Source of the DNA: Mobula hypostoma
Lineage: Eukaryota
DNA: 64,000 nt
Direction: 5' to 3'
NCBI RefSeq assembly: GCF_963921235.1
Contig: NC_086108.1
Span: 8,928,001-8,992,000, forward strand
Positions 35,850 to 49,732 of this stretch are shown here, one piece after another; the first letter of the stretch is position 1; every line of letters starts with the position of its first letter. Under the pieces are notes generated by a model that worked only from the letters and a program-made list of their open reading frames with translations, was not told where the DNA came from and searched no databases. The translations under genes and the position numbers were made by a program.

Positions 35850-38350
35850 ATGTAATATCTGGGCACTTTTATAAATATATTGTTCGATTAAATAATTCAT
35901 TACGGGTTCCATGTAAAAATACGTAAATTGCATACGTCTTCAAGCTACCATTTCATACGTGTGCACCTCTCTTAAAGTAAAAACAATGTTAGACACATTA
36001 TTCCCAGCTCTGTGTATTTGATTAGTTTTATGTTTTGAAGTTACAAAACATAACAGTGGCAACCAGGAAGTTTTTAACAAACCCAAAATGACTACCTACA
36101 TGTTGAAACACAGCAAGACTTTCAAATTAAAAAGTACAGCAAGAATGGTTGAGTTAGAAAAACAGTGCAATATGCTTTCTTCACAAAGGGACAGACATAA
36201 TCCAATTTTTTTAAAAAGGCAGAAAACAGACAAATTCATGGATTCATAAACAGTATTGGATGATAATACTCATAGATCTTAAAAAAAAGCAGAAATGTCT
36301 CACTACATCAGAAAGATAGTTGTGTTCAAATGCACAAAAAGATTCCAGTAGCCAAGAACAATAGGTTAGTTAGGATCTATGGTGTCTTTAAGGTCACCAT
36401 CAACACAGTAATGAAGGTAGATCAATGCCCTTTGCCCAGGAGAGAGGATATCTTGGTAAATCCTTCTGGAGAGAAACACTTCAGCTAGGTGGACTTAGCT
36501 GAGGCCTGCCTAATGATGGAGATGGAAGAAGAATCCAAAATATTTCTCATCATGAATACTCAGAAAGGGTTTTATCGCTATAATAGGCTTATTTCTGGAG
36601 TAGCATCTGTACCTGCACTCTGGCAGAAAGCTATGGAACAGGTGCTGCGAGGCACTCAGAGTTACCCAGATGACATTATTGTTACCGGTAAAGATGAGTA
36701 CAAACATCTCCAAAATCTCAAGACAGTGTTACAAAAAATAAATTGTGGGCTTACAGCACGACGCAACAAGTGTGAATTCTTTAAACCAAGCATCACTTAC
36801 TGTGGTCACACCATTGACACACAAGGTGCTGAGAAAATTCAAGCGGTGGTGGATGCCCCAAGGCCAAAGGACATATCACAGTTGCAATTCTTTTTAGGAT
36901 TTTTCAATTACAGCCTGGCTACTGTGTTCCAGCCCTTGAACTCATTACTACAGATTGCGACAATGGACACAGCAGTGTGAGGTGGCTTTCCAAAAGAAAA
37001 GGAAATGGGATGTTAGACACTGTACTCACACATTCTGATTTATATCGGCCAGTGAGGCTTGCAGATGAAGCCCCACCTTATGGTATAGGTGCAGCCATGT
37101 CACATGTTATGAGTGATGGAAGTGAATGCCTCACACTATTTGCATAATATTCCCTTACTGCTGCGGAGAAGAATCACACACAGAATGACAGAGAGGCCTT
37201 GAGTCTGGTTTGGGGTGTAAAATATTTCAACCAGTACCTGTATGGGAGAGTTTACCCTTATTACTGATCGTCGGCCTCTGGTGTTCATTTTAATCCACAG
37301 AAGGCTGTTCCACTAACAGCAGCAGCACAAATGTAGCGATGGGGCCTGTTTCTTGGAGGACACAACTACAAGATCGAATTCAAAAGGACAACTAATCATG
37401 GAAATGCTGATGGATTACCCTGTTTACCCTGAGAAAAGGAAATACCTGAAAAATTTACGAAAATGGACATTCCTCATGATGTATTCTCCCTAATGTGAAT
37501 CCAAAGTCTCAGTATTACAGCAGTGGTGATCTAAGGGGAAAACAGAAAAGAGCCCACACTCTCTCAGGTCTACGTGGCCACCCAAAATGGCTGGAATATG
37601 CCCCAGAAACTTCTGTTTCCCATTTTTACCAGCACTAGGGTGAACCTGCCCTTGATCAGGGCTGTTGTACCATCCAAACTTAGAGCTAAAGTGTTGGAGG
37701 AGCAACATGCTGGTCACCCAGGTGTGGTCAAAATGAAGGTGTTGGCTTGAAGCTTTGTCTTGTCACCTGGGATAGACCAGCAGATCGAGCAGCTTGCCAC
37801 AAACTGTTCAGGATGCCAACACGCCCTGAAGAACAGTGACCAGAGCTGTCAGAACCACCTCCTACAGACCCAGAGTCAACTTCCTTCAACCATCACGGAG
37901 GAGGCTCCCGAACACGGGACTGCTACACGACTACAAGTCCCTCCCGCCAAGCAGAGTGGCCACAACCCCTCCGCCCCCCATCAGGAAAGCCGTTATCCCA
38001 GAAAGGTAAGAAATCCTCCACAGCGATTAAATCTTTGGGACTGAGTGGGACAATTTAAAATTTACTATGTTGTGGATATGTGTGTGTGAGTGTGTGTGTG
38101 TGTGTGTGTCTGACTACATTCATAAGTGGCAATGCTTCTATATTGAGATGGAGTTTATAGCTAAGCAGGGAGTGTAGTATATTTAATATTTCAGTGATAT
38201 TTGAGTAATATTATAAGAATACTGTTTGAGTAAGCATTCTTTTTTGTTGACATAATTTGTTATGGGTTATATGTAAAAGTATGTAAATTGCCTACGTCAT
38301 TATGCCACGTCATATGTGAGCATTTCGCTAAAGTAAAAACAAAACTAAGA
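35850..38350 (+). mobile_element. Decayed, internally deleted Gypsy LTR retrotransposon
   Basis: Two similar LTR segments (~35850-36055 and ~38170-38350) share tatgtaaaa.tacgtaaattgc.tacgtc...taaagtaaaaacaa. A PBS-like tggcaaccagg follows ...aaca. Coding remnants are RT (DLAEACL, INTQKGFYRYNRL, YPDDIIVTG), RNase H (DEAPPYGIGA.MSH) and the integrase H-H-C-C region (HAGHPGVVKMK...CSGCQ). Confidence 0.85.
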
Positions 38351-38635
38351 CGTAAGAGTGAGAGAGGTAGAGAGAGGGAAAGAGAGATAGAAACATAGAA
38401 ACCTAGAAAACCTACAGCACAATACAGGCCCTTCGGCCCACAAGGCTGTGCCGAACATGTCCCTACCTTAGAACTACCTAGGCTTTACCCAAAGCCCTCT
38501 ATTTTTCTAAGCTCCATGTATTCATTCAGGAGTCTCTTTATCTGCCTCCACCACCACCGCCGGCAGCCCATTCCACGCACTCACCACTCTCTGCGTAAAA
38601 AACTTACCCCTGATATCTCCTCTGTACCTACTTCC

Positions 38636-41600
38636 TTTTTAAATCTTTTTATTGAATAAGTATACCAAAAGGTAAGCCATATAAACATTACTACAATGTT
38701 AAAATATAATAAAATTACAGAAGGTATCAATACCAAAAAAAAATACTACAAACAATGTAATTTAAACATAAGAAACCAAGATAACATAATAGTATACTAA
38801 ATTTTATATATATATCAATGGAAAAAAAAAGAAAAAAAAAACCCCAAAAAAAAACCCACCGTGCAACTAACTAAAAGCAAAGCAAAGCAATGGGCTAACT
38901 TGAAACCAAACAGAGTTAAACTTAAAATCACGTCCTCAATCCCGACCTCCATTAAAAACAGTGAAAAAAAAACAAGAAGGGTATATATTACATTAAGTGA
39001 AAATATTGAATAAAAGATCCCCAAATCTGTTCAAATTTAAATGAAGAATCATAAAGGTTACTTCTAATTTTCTCCAGATTCAAACATAATATCGTCTGAG
39101 AGAACCAAAAAAAGGTAGTTGGAGCATTAAGCTCTTTCCAATGTTGTAAAATACATCTTTTCGCCATTAAAGTAAGAAATGTAATCATTCTACGGGCTGA
39201 AGGGGAAAGATTACTAGAAATTTTAGGTAGTCCAAAGATAGCAGTAATAGGGTAAGGAGAGATATCTATATTTAATACCTTAGAAATAATATTAAAAATG
39301 TCTCTCCAAAAAGTTTCCAAAGTAGGGCAAGACCAAAACATATGAGTTAAAGAGGCTATCTGCCCCGAACATCTATCAGAAAAAGGATTAATATGCAAGT
39401 AAAAATGCGCTAACTTATCTTTGGACATATGTGCTCTATGAACAACTTTAAATTGAATTAGGGAATGTTTAGCGCAAATAGAGGAAGTATTAACTAATTG
39501 TAAAATCTGCCCCCAATCATCCACAGAAATGGTAAGCCCCAATTCCTGTTCCCAATCTACCCTAATCTTATCAAATGGAGCTTTCCTAAGTTTCATAATA
39601 ATATTATAAATCATAGCCGATGCACCTTTCTGACATGGATTAAGGTTAATTATCGAATCTAAAATATATGTAGGAGGAAGCATTGGAAAGGAAGAAAGTA
39701 CAGTACTTAGGAAATTTCTAACTTGCAAATATCTAAAAAAATGTATTCTTGATAAATTATATTTATTAGATAGTTGTTCAAAAGACATAAGGGAACCATC
39801 TAAAAATAAATCCAAAAACTGTAAAATACCCTTAGTCTTCCAAGTTTGAAAAGCGCGATCCGTAAAAGAGGGAGGAAAAAATATGTTACCTAAAATAGGA
39901 ATCGCTAACCCGAATTGATTAAGATCAAAAAATTTTCTGAATTGAAACCAAATACGCAAAGCATATTTAACTATCGGGTTAGACACCTGCTTAAGGCGTT
40001 TTGAATCAAAAGGGAGAGAGGAACCTAAAATAGAGCCAAGTGTATAGCCCTGAACAGATTGTAGTTCCAATGCTACCCATTTAGGAATAGATAGTATATC
40101 CTGGTCAAGTAACCAAAATTTCATATGTCGAATATTAATTGCCCAATAATAGAATCTAAAGTTAGGTAATGCTAAACCTCCATCTCTCTTAGCTTTCTGT
40201 AAATGTATTTTACCCAGTCTCGGATTTTTATTCTGCCAAATAAATGAAGAAATTTTAGAGTCAACTTTATCAAAGAAAGATTTTGGAACAAAAATTGGTA
40301 ATGCCTGAAACACATATAAAAATTTTGGCAAAAAAAAATCTTAACTGCATTAATACAACCAATCAAAGTTAAATATAAAGGAAACCATTTAGATGAAAGT
40401 TGAGTAATATGGTCTATTAATGGTAGAAAGTTAATCTTAAATAAATCTTTATATTTACAAGTAATTTTAATCCCAAGATAAGAAAAATAGTTATCAATCA
40501 ATTTAAATGGAAATTTATAATATAAGGGAAGATGTTTATTAATCGGAAAGAGTTCACTCTTACTAAGATTTAATTTATAACCTGAAAAAAAACCAAATTG
40601 TGCTAATAACTCTAAAACAGCAGGAATGGATTTCTCAGGATTAGAAATATATAAAAGTAAATCATCAGCATAGAGTGATAATTTATGGGATTTTAATCCC
40701 CGAGTTATCCCAGTAATATTTGATGATTCTCGAATGGCAATTGCAAGAGGTTCTAATGCAATATCAAATAATAGGGGACTAAGAGGACAGCCTTGTCGAG
40801 TACCTCGAAAAAGAGGAAAAAAAGGTGAGTTTAAAGAGTTAGTACGGACCGAGGCTACAGGGGAATGATATAACAGTTTAATCCAGGATATAAATTTCAA
40901 GCTAAAGTTAAACATTTCAAGCACCTTAAATAAATAAGGCCATTCTACTCTATCAAAAGCTTTCTCGGTGTGTAAAGAAATAACACACTCAGGAACATTT
41001 TGTGAGGGAGTATAAACGATATTTAACAATGTACGAATATTATAAAAAGAGTAACGACCTTTAATAAAACCCGTTTGGTCTTCCGAAATAATAGAAGGAA
41101 GTACTTTTTCTAGTCTATTTGCTAATAACTTAGAAAAAACTTTAGAATCAACATTTAATAGAGATATTGGTCTATAAGATGCACATTGAGCAGGGTCTTT
41201 ATCCTTCTTTAATATTAAAGAAATTGACGCTCTATTAAAAGATTCAGGAAGTTTACCAAGTTTCAGAGAAGCCTCAAAAACCCTACAGAGCCAAGGGATC
41301 AATAAAGAAGCAAAACATTTATAAAATTCAACGGTAAACCCATCCGGGCCAGGAGCTTTCCCCAAATTCATAGAAAGAATAACATTCTTAATCTCATCCA
41401 TAGTAATGGAAGTATCTAATATAGAAGACATATCCTGTGAAATCTGAGGGAAGTCTAAATTATCTAAAAAATCATTCATATGTTTAGAATCTCGAGGAGA
41501 CTCTGATTGATATAAAGAAGAATAAAAATCACAAAAGGTTTGATTAATCCCCACATGATCCAGTATCAATCGATCATTTTGATTATAAATCTGATTGATT

Positions 41601-43356
41601 TGAGATTTAACATAATTAGATTTCAATTGATTAGCCAGCAGCTTGCCAATTTTGTCACTGTGAACATAAAATTCACTTCTTGTTTTCTTTAATTGGTTTA
41701 CAATCGAGGACGAGAGTAGTAAACTGTGTTCCATTTGAAGTTCAGTTCTTTGTTTGTATAACTCCTCAGAAGGAGCCATAACATATTTCTTATCAATTTC
41801 TTTAATCTTGTCCACAATTACCATCTCCTCCTGCTTCTGCTTCTTCCTCAAAGCAGCAGAAGACGAGATAATCTGACCACGAATATAGGCTTTAAAAGTG
41901 TCCCAAAGAATGTTAACCGAAATATCCTCTGTATGGTTAATTGTAAAAAAAAGCTCAATCTGTTCATTCATAAAGTTAACAAAGTCCGAGTCCTGAAGCA
42001 ACAGCGAATTAAAACGCCATTGTCTATTATTTTGTATATTGGCCATAATTTTAATAGAAAGCTTAAGTGGAGCATGATCCGAAATGGTTATAGAATCATA
42101 ATCACATTTAATCACTGAAGAAATAAGACGAGAATCAATAAAAAAAATAATCAATTCTTGAATAGGAATGATGAACATGTGAAAAGAAAGAAAAATCTTT
42201 TTCCTGAGGATGCAGAAAACGCCAAATGTCCGTCGACCCAGAATCAGAAAGGAAAGAGTTAATCAAAGTTGCAGATTTATTAGGTAAAGTCCGTAAAGGA
42301 GCCGAACGGTCCAAAGCTGAAGACAAACAGGTATTAAGATCTCCGCCCCAGATCAATGAAAACTCGTTCAAATTCGGAAACTGATTAAACAATGATTTAT
42401 AAAATTCCGGACAGTCCATATTAGGAGCATAAACATTAACCAAAACTACTTTTTTATTAAATAGTAAACCACTAACCAATAAAAATCTACCATTCGGATC
42501 AGAAAAAATATCCTGTTGTATAAAAGTAACTGAGGAATCTATAAAAATAGAGACGCCTCGAATCTTAGCATTGGAGTTTGAATGAAATTGTTGGCCCTTC
42601 CAGAATTTAAAAAAACGTAGTCTGTCCCCCCTCCGTACATGGGTCTCTTGTAAAAATAAAATTTGTGCTTTAAGTCTCCGGAACACTTTAAAAACTTTTT
42701 TCCTTTTAATAGGATGATTAAGACCGTTAGTATTCCAGGAGACAAAATTAATAATAGACTCCATAAATCCTAAAGTCAACCCACAGCGAGGAGGATTGAC
42801 GATAGGCTCGACCCACGAACCCGGAGAGGAAACAGAACATACAAAAGATACCGGGAAAAAGGACGCAACCAGTACTTCAATAATGTATATAGCCCGAAGA
42901 GAAAAAAACTAAAACGTGAAGCCCCTCCCACCACCCCCCACCCCAAGACCGCAAGGCAAAATCTAAAGCAGACCCGCCCGAAAGAAGCAAGCGCTAAAAC
43001 TACCCCCATGACTTCCGGTATACGCTCCCTAAAAAAAAGGTATAAATATGAAAAAGATCAGCTAATTGTAAAACAGTAAAAAAGTAGAAAAAAAGGTAAC
43101 TCAATTAAAATACACACACAACAGAACAAAAGCCAGAAAATATATATTAAAAAAAAACCACAATAAACCCCAAACCCATGAATAAACAAAACAACAAGAA
43201 AAAATAAGATTATTACCATAAACTAGTTATAAAAAGCAAAACCAAATAAAATTTTTTTAAAAACTACAAAATTTAAGGCCACACAGGAAATACGTAAAAT
43301 GACAATAAGTAACCACCCAGAATCCCCTGGGAAAAGAAAGAAATGACGCAGTTAAA
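38636..43356 (-). mobile_element. 5'-truncated L1-clade LINE (ORF2 plus upstream spacer) with a 16-bp TSD
   Basis: TSD ctctgtacctacttcc at 38620-38635 and 43357-43372. AATAAA and a short A tail at the 3' end. AT-rich composition. ORF1 is absent. Confidence 0.93.
38988..42764 (-). pseudogene. L1 ORF2 (APE endonuclease, reverse transcriptase, Cys-rich C-terminus) with two frameshifts
   Basis: Endonuclease motifs SWNTNGL, LQETH, NVYAPN, GGDLN, SRIDYF and SDHAP. RT motifs KAPGPDGF, YRPISLLN, KAFDRVEW, GTRQGCPLSPLLF and YADD. C-terminal HMFWSCP. The reading frame is split over three ORFs. Confidence 0.9.
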
Positions 43357-43624
43357 CTCTGTACCTACTTCCAAGCACCTTAAAACTATGTCCTCTCATG
43401 CTGGATATTTCAGCCCTGGGAAAAAGCCTGTGACACGATCAGTGCCTCTCATTATCTTGTACACCTCTCTCAGGTCACCTCTCATCCTCCTTCGCTCCAA
43501 GGAGAAAAGGCTGAGTTCACTTAACCTATTCTCATAAGGCATGCTCCCCAATCCAGGCAACATCCTTGTAAATCTCCTCTGCACCCTTTCTATAGTTTCC
43601 ACATCCTTCCTGTAGTAGGTAGGT

Positions 43625-44030
43625 AGAAAGAAGGATGGAGAGTGAGAGGGAAAGAAGTGGGGAGGGGGAGGGAGAGGGAGAAGGGGAGGGGGAGGTGGAG
43701 GGGGAGAGGGAGAAGGGGAGGGGAAGGGGGAGGGAGAAGGGGAAGGGGAGGGAGAGGGGGAAGGGGGAGGGAGAGGGGGAGGGAGAAGGGGAGGGGAAGG
43801 GGGAGGGAGAGGGAGAGGGAGAAGGGGAGGGGGAGGGAGAGGGGGAGGGAGAGGGGGAGGGAGAGGGAGAGGGAGAGGGGGAGGGAGAGGGGGAGGGAAA
43901 GGGGCAGAGAAGTGGAGATGAGAGAAAAAGAAAGAGAGGAAGAGAGGGGTAGAGAGAGAGAGGTAGATGGAGAGAGAGATAGGGAGTTGGGAAGAGAGAG
44001 AGTAGAGAGATGGAGAGAGGGAAATAAACA
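43625..44030. repeat. (GGGAGA/GGGGGA)n and GA-rich tract
   Basis: Hexamer purine repeats. Confidence 0.9.
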
Positions 44031-44232
44031 AGTAGATGGGTAGATGACAAGATAGATGGTAATTTAGATAGATAAAGAAACAGATTAAAAGACAGATAAT
44101 AGTGAGATAGATAAGAGGAAGGAGCTGATCGTGGAAGTGTTGGATCCAGGTTTGATTTCAGTATCTAAGAGAAGTTTGGACAGGTACATGGAAGAGGGGG
44201 GTCTGGAGGGCTATGGGCCGGTGGGAGCAGGC

Positions 44233-44437
44233 AGGTTGGTGGCGCAGTGACACCAGCGCCGGGCCCGAGAACGGAGGCTCCCGAGTTTGATCCAGTGACA
44301 GACCACTCCCGAGTGTGCTCTCCATCTGTGCTGGGTTGATGTCGAGTTTGCAACTCGACCTCGTTAAAAAAAACACTGCCACCTCCAGTTTAAATTCCTA
44401 CGTGGAATACTGTGGAGGATCAAATACCAATACCAAT
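44233..44437 (+). mobile_element. tRNA-derived SINE inserted in a CR1 tail
   Basis: A-box-like tggcgcagtg, B-box-like gagtttgatcc and an (aaatacc)n tail. CR1 3' UTR sequence lies on both sides. Confidence 0.6.
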
Positions 44438-45454
44438 AGTTCGGCACTGACTCAATGGATCGAAAGGCCTGTTTCTGTGCTGTAGTGTTCTATGACACTG
44501 AGATAGATAGACAGGCAGAGGGATAGAGGGAGATAAAGAGAGATGGAGTGACACAGGAAGAGATATAGGTACAGATAGCGAAATGACAGACATACACAGG
44601 GAAGTAGAAAGAGAGTGAAATATACCGGGAGAGGCGTATAGAGAGAGAGAGGTACAGAGAACTGAGAGTGCCTGTGAGTGCATTCGAAGATCAGAATCAG
44701 AATCAGATTTATTATCACTGGCATGTGACGTGAAAGATGTGTAAACGCTGGGTGAACAGCTCCTACAACCTCCTCCCACGGTCAAACAGCCACCTTGGGG
44801 AGTCTTCATGAACAGTCGTTAGCCGAGAGATGGAGGACTCTCGAGTGGGCTTGGCTCCACTGAGGGACAACATCTACAGATTTAGGTGGGCTGGGTTGAA
44901 AATGGAAAAGGATATCAAATTTCATCCAAATTCCTTGAAAACTATTTTTAAAAGGAATCCATAAACACGATTTCCTTGGTAACACCATTCAAGCTGAATA
45001 AACAAGATTTCAGCAGGAGTTGCTTAGAATCTTGACTCAACCTTATTCAAACATCGGGATGTGTCATCGCTTGCAGCTGATTGTGTCTGGAGAGTAATAC
45101 CTAACCAGCATCTCCTTATCCGAGAGAGTTCCGGAGGATTAAAATAACAATGCATCAGATAGTGCTAGACAGATCCCACTGTTAGCACAAATAAACATGT
45201 CCTTATCATGATAAAGATATGTTTGTGTTGGCTGCACCCTTGGCCCACTGGAGAATCCACTGTAGGCTGCATTCTCACTATTTATGGCCATGTCCACGCA
45301 GTCGGTGAGTCACGGAAAACACAAAGGCACGAGAGGGTTGGGAGGCGGAGGGGAGTCAGGTGGTCCATTTTGCTGAATGTACGCTGCTAGTTGGTAGATG
45401 GGAGGTATTGAGCGAGCATCACACTGTATCTCAGTACCTCCCTCTGTCCCACCC

Positions 45455-47500
45455 CCTTTTTTACAAACTACAGAAGTTTATTTACACAAAAATACACAAA
45501 ATAGAAGCATTCAGTATTTACAAGACAGTGAACAAATTCAAATTAAAATAGATTACTATTCTCTATAAAACAATCAATTCCCTAGGGGGCCCACCATTCC
45601 CAGAAATCCCCCACTGTACCCACGTTCCCTCTCCAAGGACAGCCGGGCATGAACGTATCCTCAGAAAAGGGGCAGGCAGTCAGCCCGGGCAGCGCCCTCG
45701 ACTTTCCACCACCTAGACCCGTGAATGGCCATCTTGGCCAGGCCCAGGAGCAAACCCACCAGGAGATCCTCCTCGCGACCCGCACCCTTCCGAACTGGGT
45801 ACCCGTATATGAGGAGCGCAGGGCAGAAATACAAACAGAACCTCAGCAGCCCCTTCAGATACTCAAACAGGGGCTGCAACCTCTCACGCTACATATAAGC
45901 GGGGTCCACTGACTCCTCCCGGCCACAGAATGGACAGGTGGGTGGGGTGTCAGTGAACCTGTTGTACGGTACTGCCTGATGCAACACCTTCCTCCCTGGG
46001 TCCCCATGTACAGGGGAAGGACCCCTGTGTAAAGAGATTTCCACTGGGAACCTCCTCCAATGCCAGACGGTAAAACAGGCCGCCAAGGTGAGTCCTGTCT
46101 GACATGGGGCACCCTGACCCACGCCCCTCCCAAAGCACAAGAGCGCTGTCAAAGACCCATTAACCTTAACTAGGCACTCCGCAGCAGTCGGATGTGGGCC
46201 ACCAAATGGCCCCTCGCTGTCACCCACCCCGTGTCCAACCACAGCTTCCACAGCTTGTGGCACAGGGGGAGGGACAGCTGGAAGGGGGACAGATGGGGGG
46301 GGTCAGCTGGAGGCGGGGGTCAGCCGGGGAAGGCCCATCCATATCACCCTATGCCTCCGAGGCAGAGTTGGCCCGATGGTTCAGGCAATTCTTCCGAATG
46401 TGCCCAAACTCCCTACAGGCGACCCATAGCCCTCGGGACGGTATAGTAATGCCCCTCAAAATAAACCTGAAGCCGCCCCTCGGCATGCCCGCCCCACTCT
46501 AACTGCATAAGCAGACGGCGCTGGAATGAGAATCGGTGCTCGTTACCCCACTGAGGTGCCGCGTACCGTATCGGGGTTATTTTCGAACGCACCTCACCGA
46601 TGGAGCACAGACAGGAGAAGAGGGCCTTGTCATGGGGTGGGAGTCAGAGAGTATTACCAACTGCACGGGGGCCAACACCGGCTCCACCTGCTTAAAAACC
46701 CTCCCTGAGTTTAACCCCTGACTCAGTCAAAAACACACCCCTCGGTGACTTCAAATAGAAAATAGTTTTCCCATTCAAAACCGCTACCACAACAATACCC
46801 TCACGACCTCCAACAGTCTCCGCCTTGGCTCTTATGTCGGCATTCCTACCGACTGAAGTAGGCACGGTACACTGTACAGCGTTCTTTAGAGTCAGTAATT
46901 TCAACGGGCGGTCCTCTTCGTCAGTGGCAATCCCCGACCCCGCGGCCTCCACATACAACTTTGGCGTGGACAACTTGGAGCTGCACCCCGCCATTATAGT
47001 GTTCAAATTGAAGGGTTCAAATACTGCTGCTGGGATACTCCACACTCCACACCCAGGGGACACCAGCAAACAGTCAAAGAGAAACAGTTCAGAGACTGGA
47101 CGGGAGGGGACGGGAGGGAACGGGAAAGGAGCGGGCAGGCAGGGAGGTCCGTGTGGTGTTAAAAACCTCACACCATCTGTGCCACTGCAAACAATGATGC
47201 CATCTCCCCGGGCCAGTGTTCCTCCAGCCGTTCCAAAGTCCAAAAGTACTCTTCACCCAGTGCCCTGGGCTAGGAATTCCAAACAGGTGGGGTTTTCCAT
47301 TGTTACAAACAGAATAAATTTATTAGACTCGAAACTCCGGCAATCCAACAGCCGCACCCACTGCTCAGTGCCAAAAAAACCTTCACCGAACAGAATCCTT
47401 CCAGGAAAGGAGACTGTTTCAGTCTGCTGCCGAGATGATACGCCACACTCCCAAAGTCTTCAGGCAGTCTCCAAAATCGATCTTTGCGATTTTGCAGCAA
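45455..47500 (-). mobile_element. Internally deleted Tx1-like LINE remnant
   Basis: ORF2 C-terminus CPFCGREESVD...QPLFEYLKGLL...LLLGLAKMAIHGSR. ORF1-like segment LKLLTLKNAVQC...IVVVAVLNGKTIFYLKS. AATAAA near the 3' end. A related tail lies at ~56730-57075 (+). Confidence 0.65.
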
Positions 47501-47526
47501 ATTTTCAACTTTAGGAGAGAGAGCTC

Positions 47527-49690
47527 CAACAGTGTGAGCCTCTCTCATATGCCCCTCCCACAGTGTGACCCTCCCTCGGTACCACCCCCTCCCACAGTGA
47601 GACCCTCCCTCAGTACCACCCCTCCCACAGTGTGACCCTCCCTCAGTACCGCCCCTCCCACAGTGTGACCCTCCCTCAGTACCACCCCTCCCACAGTGAG
47701 ACCCTCCCTCAGTACCGACCCCTCCCACAGTGTGACCCTCCCTCAGTACCGCCCCTCCCACAGTGTGACCCTCCCTCAGTACCACCCCTCCCATGGTGTG
47801 AATCTCCCTCAGTACCGCCCCCCCCACAGTGTGACCCTTCCCACAGCGTGACCCTCCCTCAGTACCGCCCCTTCCATGGTGTGAATCTCCCTCAGTACCA
47901 CCCTTCCCACAGAGTGACCCTCCCTCGGTACCACCCCTCCCACAGTGAGACCCTCCCTCAGTACCGACCCCTCCCACGGTGTGACTTTCCCTCAATACCA
48001 CCCCACAGTGTGACCCTCCCTCAGTACTGCCCCCCCACAGTGTGACCCTCCCTCGGTACCACCCCTCCCACAGTGTGACCCTCCCTCAGTACCGCCCCTC
48101 CCACAGTGTGACCCTCCCTCAGTACTGCCCCCCCCACAGTGTGACCCTCCCTCGGTACCACCCCTCCCACAGTGTGACCCTCCCTCAGTACCGCCCCTCC
48201 CACAGTGTGAATCTCCCTCAGTACCACCCCTCCCACAGTGTGACCCTCCCTCAGTACCACCCCTCCCACAGTGTGACCCTCCCTCAGTACCGACCCCTCC
48301 CACAGTGTGACTTTCCCTCAATATCACCCCCACAGTGTGACCCTCCCTCAGTACCGCCCCTCCCACAGTGTGAATCTCCCTCAGTACCGCCCCTCCCACA
48401 GTGTGACCCTCCCTCAGTACCGCCCCTCCCACAGTGTGAATCTCCCTCAGTACCGCCCCTCCCACAGTGTGACCCTCCCTCAGTACCACCCTTCCCACAG
48501 TGTGACCCTCCCTCAGTACCACCCCCTCCCACAGTGAGACCCTCCCTCAGTACCACCCCTCCCACGGTGTGACCCTCCCTCAGTACCACCCCTCCCACAG
48601 TGAGACCCTCCCTCAGTACCGACCCCTCCCACAGTGTGACCCTCCCTCAGTACCGCCCCTCCCACAGTGTGACCCTCCCTCAGTACCGCCCATCCCATGG
48701 TGTGAATCTCCCTCAGTACCGCCCCCCCCACAGTGTGACCCTTCCCACAGTGTGACCCTTCCCACAGTGTGACCCTCCCTCAGTACCGCCCCTCCCACAG
48801 TGTGACCCTCCCTCAGTACCACCCTTCCCACAGTGTGACCCTCCCTCAGTACCGCCCCTCCCACAGTGTGACCCTCCCTCAGTACCGCCCCTCCCACAGT
48901 GTGAATCTCCCTCAGTACCGCCCCTCCCACAGTGTGACCCTCCCTCAGTACCGCCCCTCCCACAGTGTGAATCTCCCTCAGTACCGCCCCTCCCACAGTG
49001 TGACCCTCCCTCAGTACCGCCCCTCCCACAGTGTGAATCTCCCTCAGTACCGCCCCTCCCACAGTGTGACCCTCCCTCAGTACCACCCTTCCCACAGTGT
49101 GACCCTCCCTCAGTACCACCCCCTCCCACAGTGAGACCCTCCCTCAGTACCACCCCTCCCACGGTGTGACCCTCCCTCGGTACCACCCCTCCCACAGTGT
49201 GACCCTCCCCCAGTACTGCCCCTCCCACGGTGTGAATCTCCCTCAGTACCACCCCTCCCACAGTGTGACCCTCCCTCAGTACCGACCCCTCCCACAGTGT
49301 GACTTTCCCTCAATATCACCCCCACAGTGTGACCCTCCCTCAGTACCGCCCCTCCCACAGTGTGAATCTCCCTCAGTACCGCCCCTCCCACAGTGTGACC
49401 CTCCCTCAGTACCACCCCTCCCACAGTGTGAATCTCCCTCAGTACCACCCTTCCCACAGTGTGACCCTCCCTCAGTACCACCCCTCCCACAGTGTGACCC
49501 TCCCACAGTGTGACCTTCCCACAGTGTGACCCTCCCTCAGTAACGCCCCTCCCATGGTGTGACCCTCCCTCAGTACTGCCCCTCCCACAGTGTGACCCTC
49601 CCTCAGTAACACCCCTCCCATGGTGTGAATCTCCCTCAGTACCGCCCCCCCCCACAGTGTGACCCTTCCCACAGTGTGACCCTCCCTCAG
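47527..49690. repeat. 33-bp minisatellite, ~2.15 kb, about 65 copies, starting ~43 nt downstream of the exon 4 donor
   Basis: Same unit as 20858-21632. Confidence 0.95.
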
Positions 49691-49732
49691 GTCCTCCCTC
49701 CTCCCCTTGCAGGCCGGGTCACAGTAACTTAC

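Larger units (their letters stand above)
38390..43620 (-). mobile_element. CR1 3' fragment split by the L1 insertion (halves 38390-38635 and 43357-43620)
   Basis: Encodes [21 protein letters not shown]...RGDLREVYKIMRG at 43400-43620, and the CR1 tail atagaaac lies at ~38390. Confidence 0.85.
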
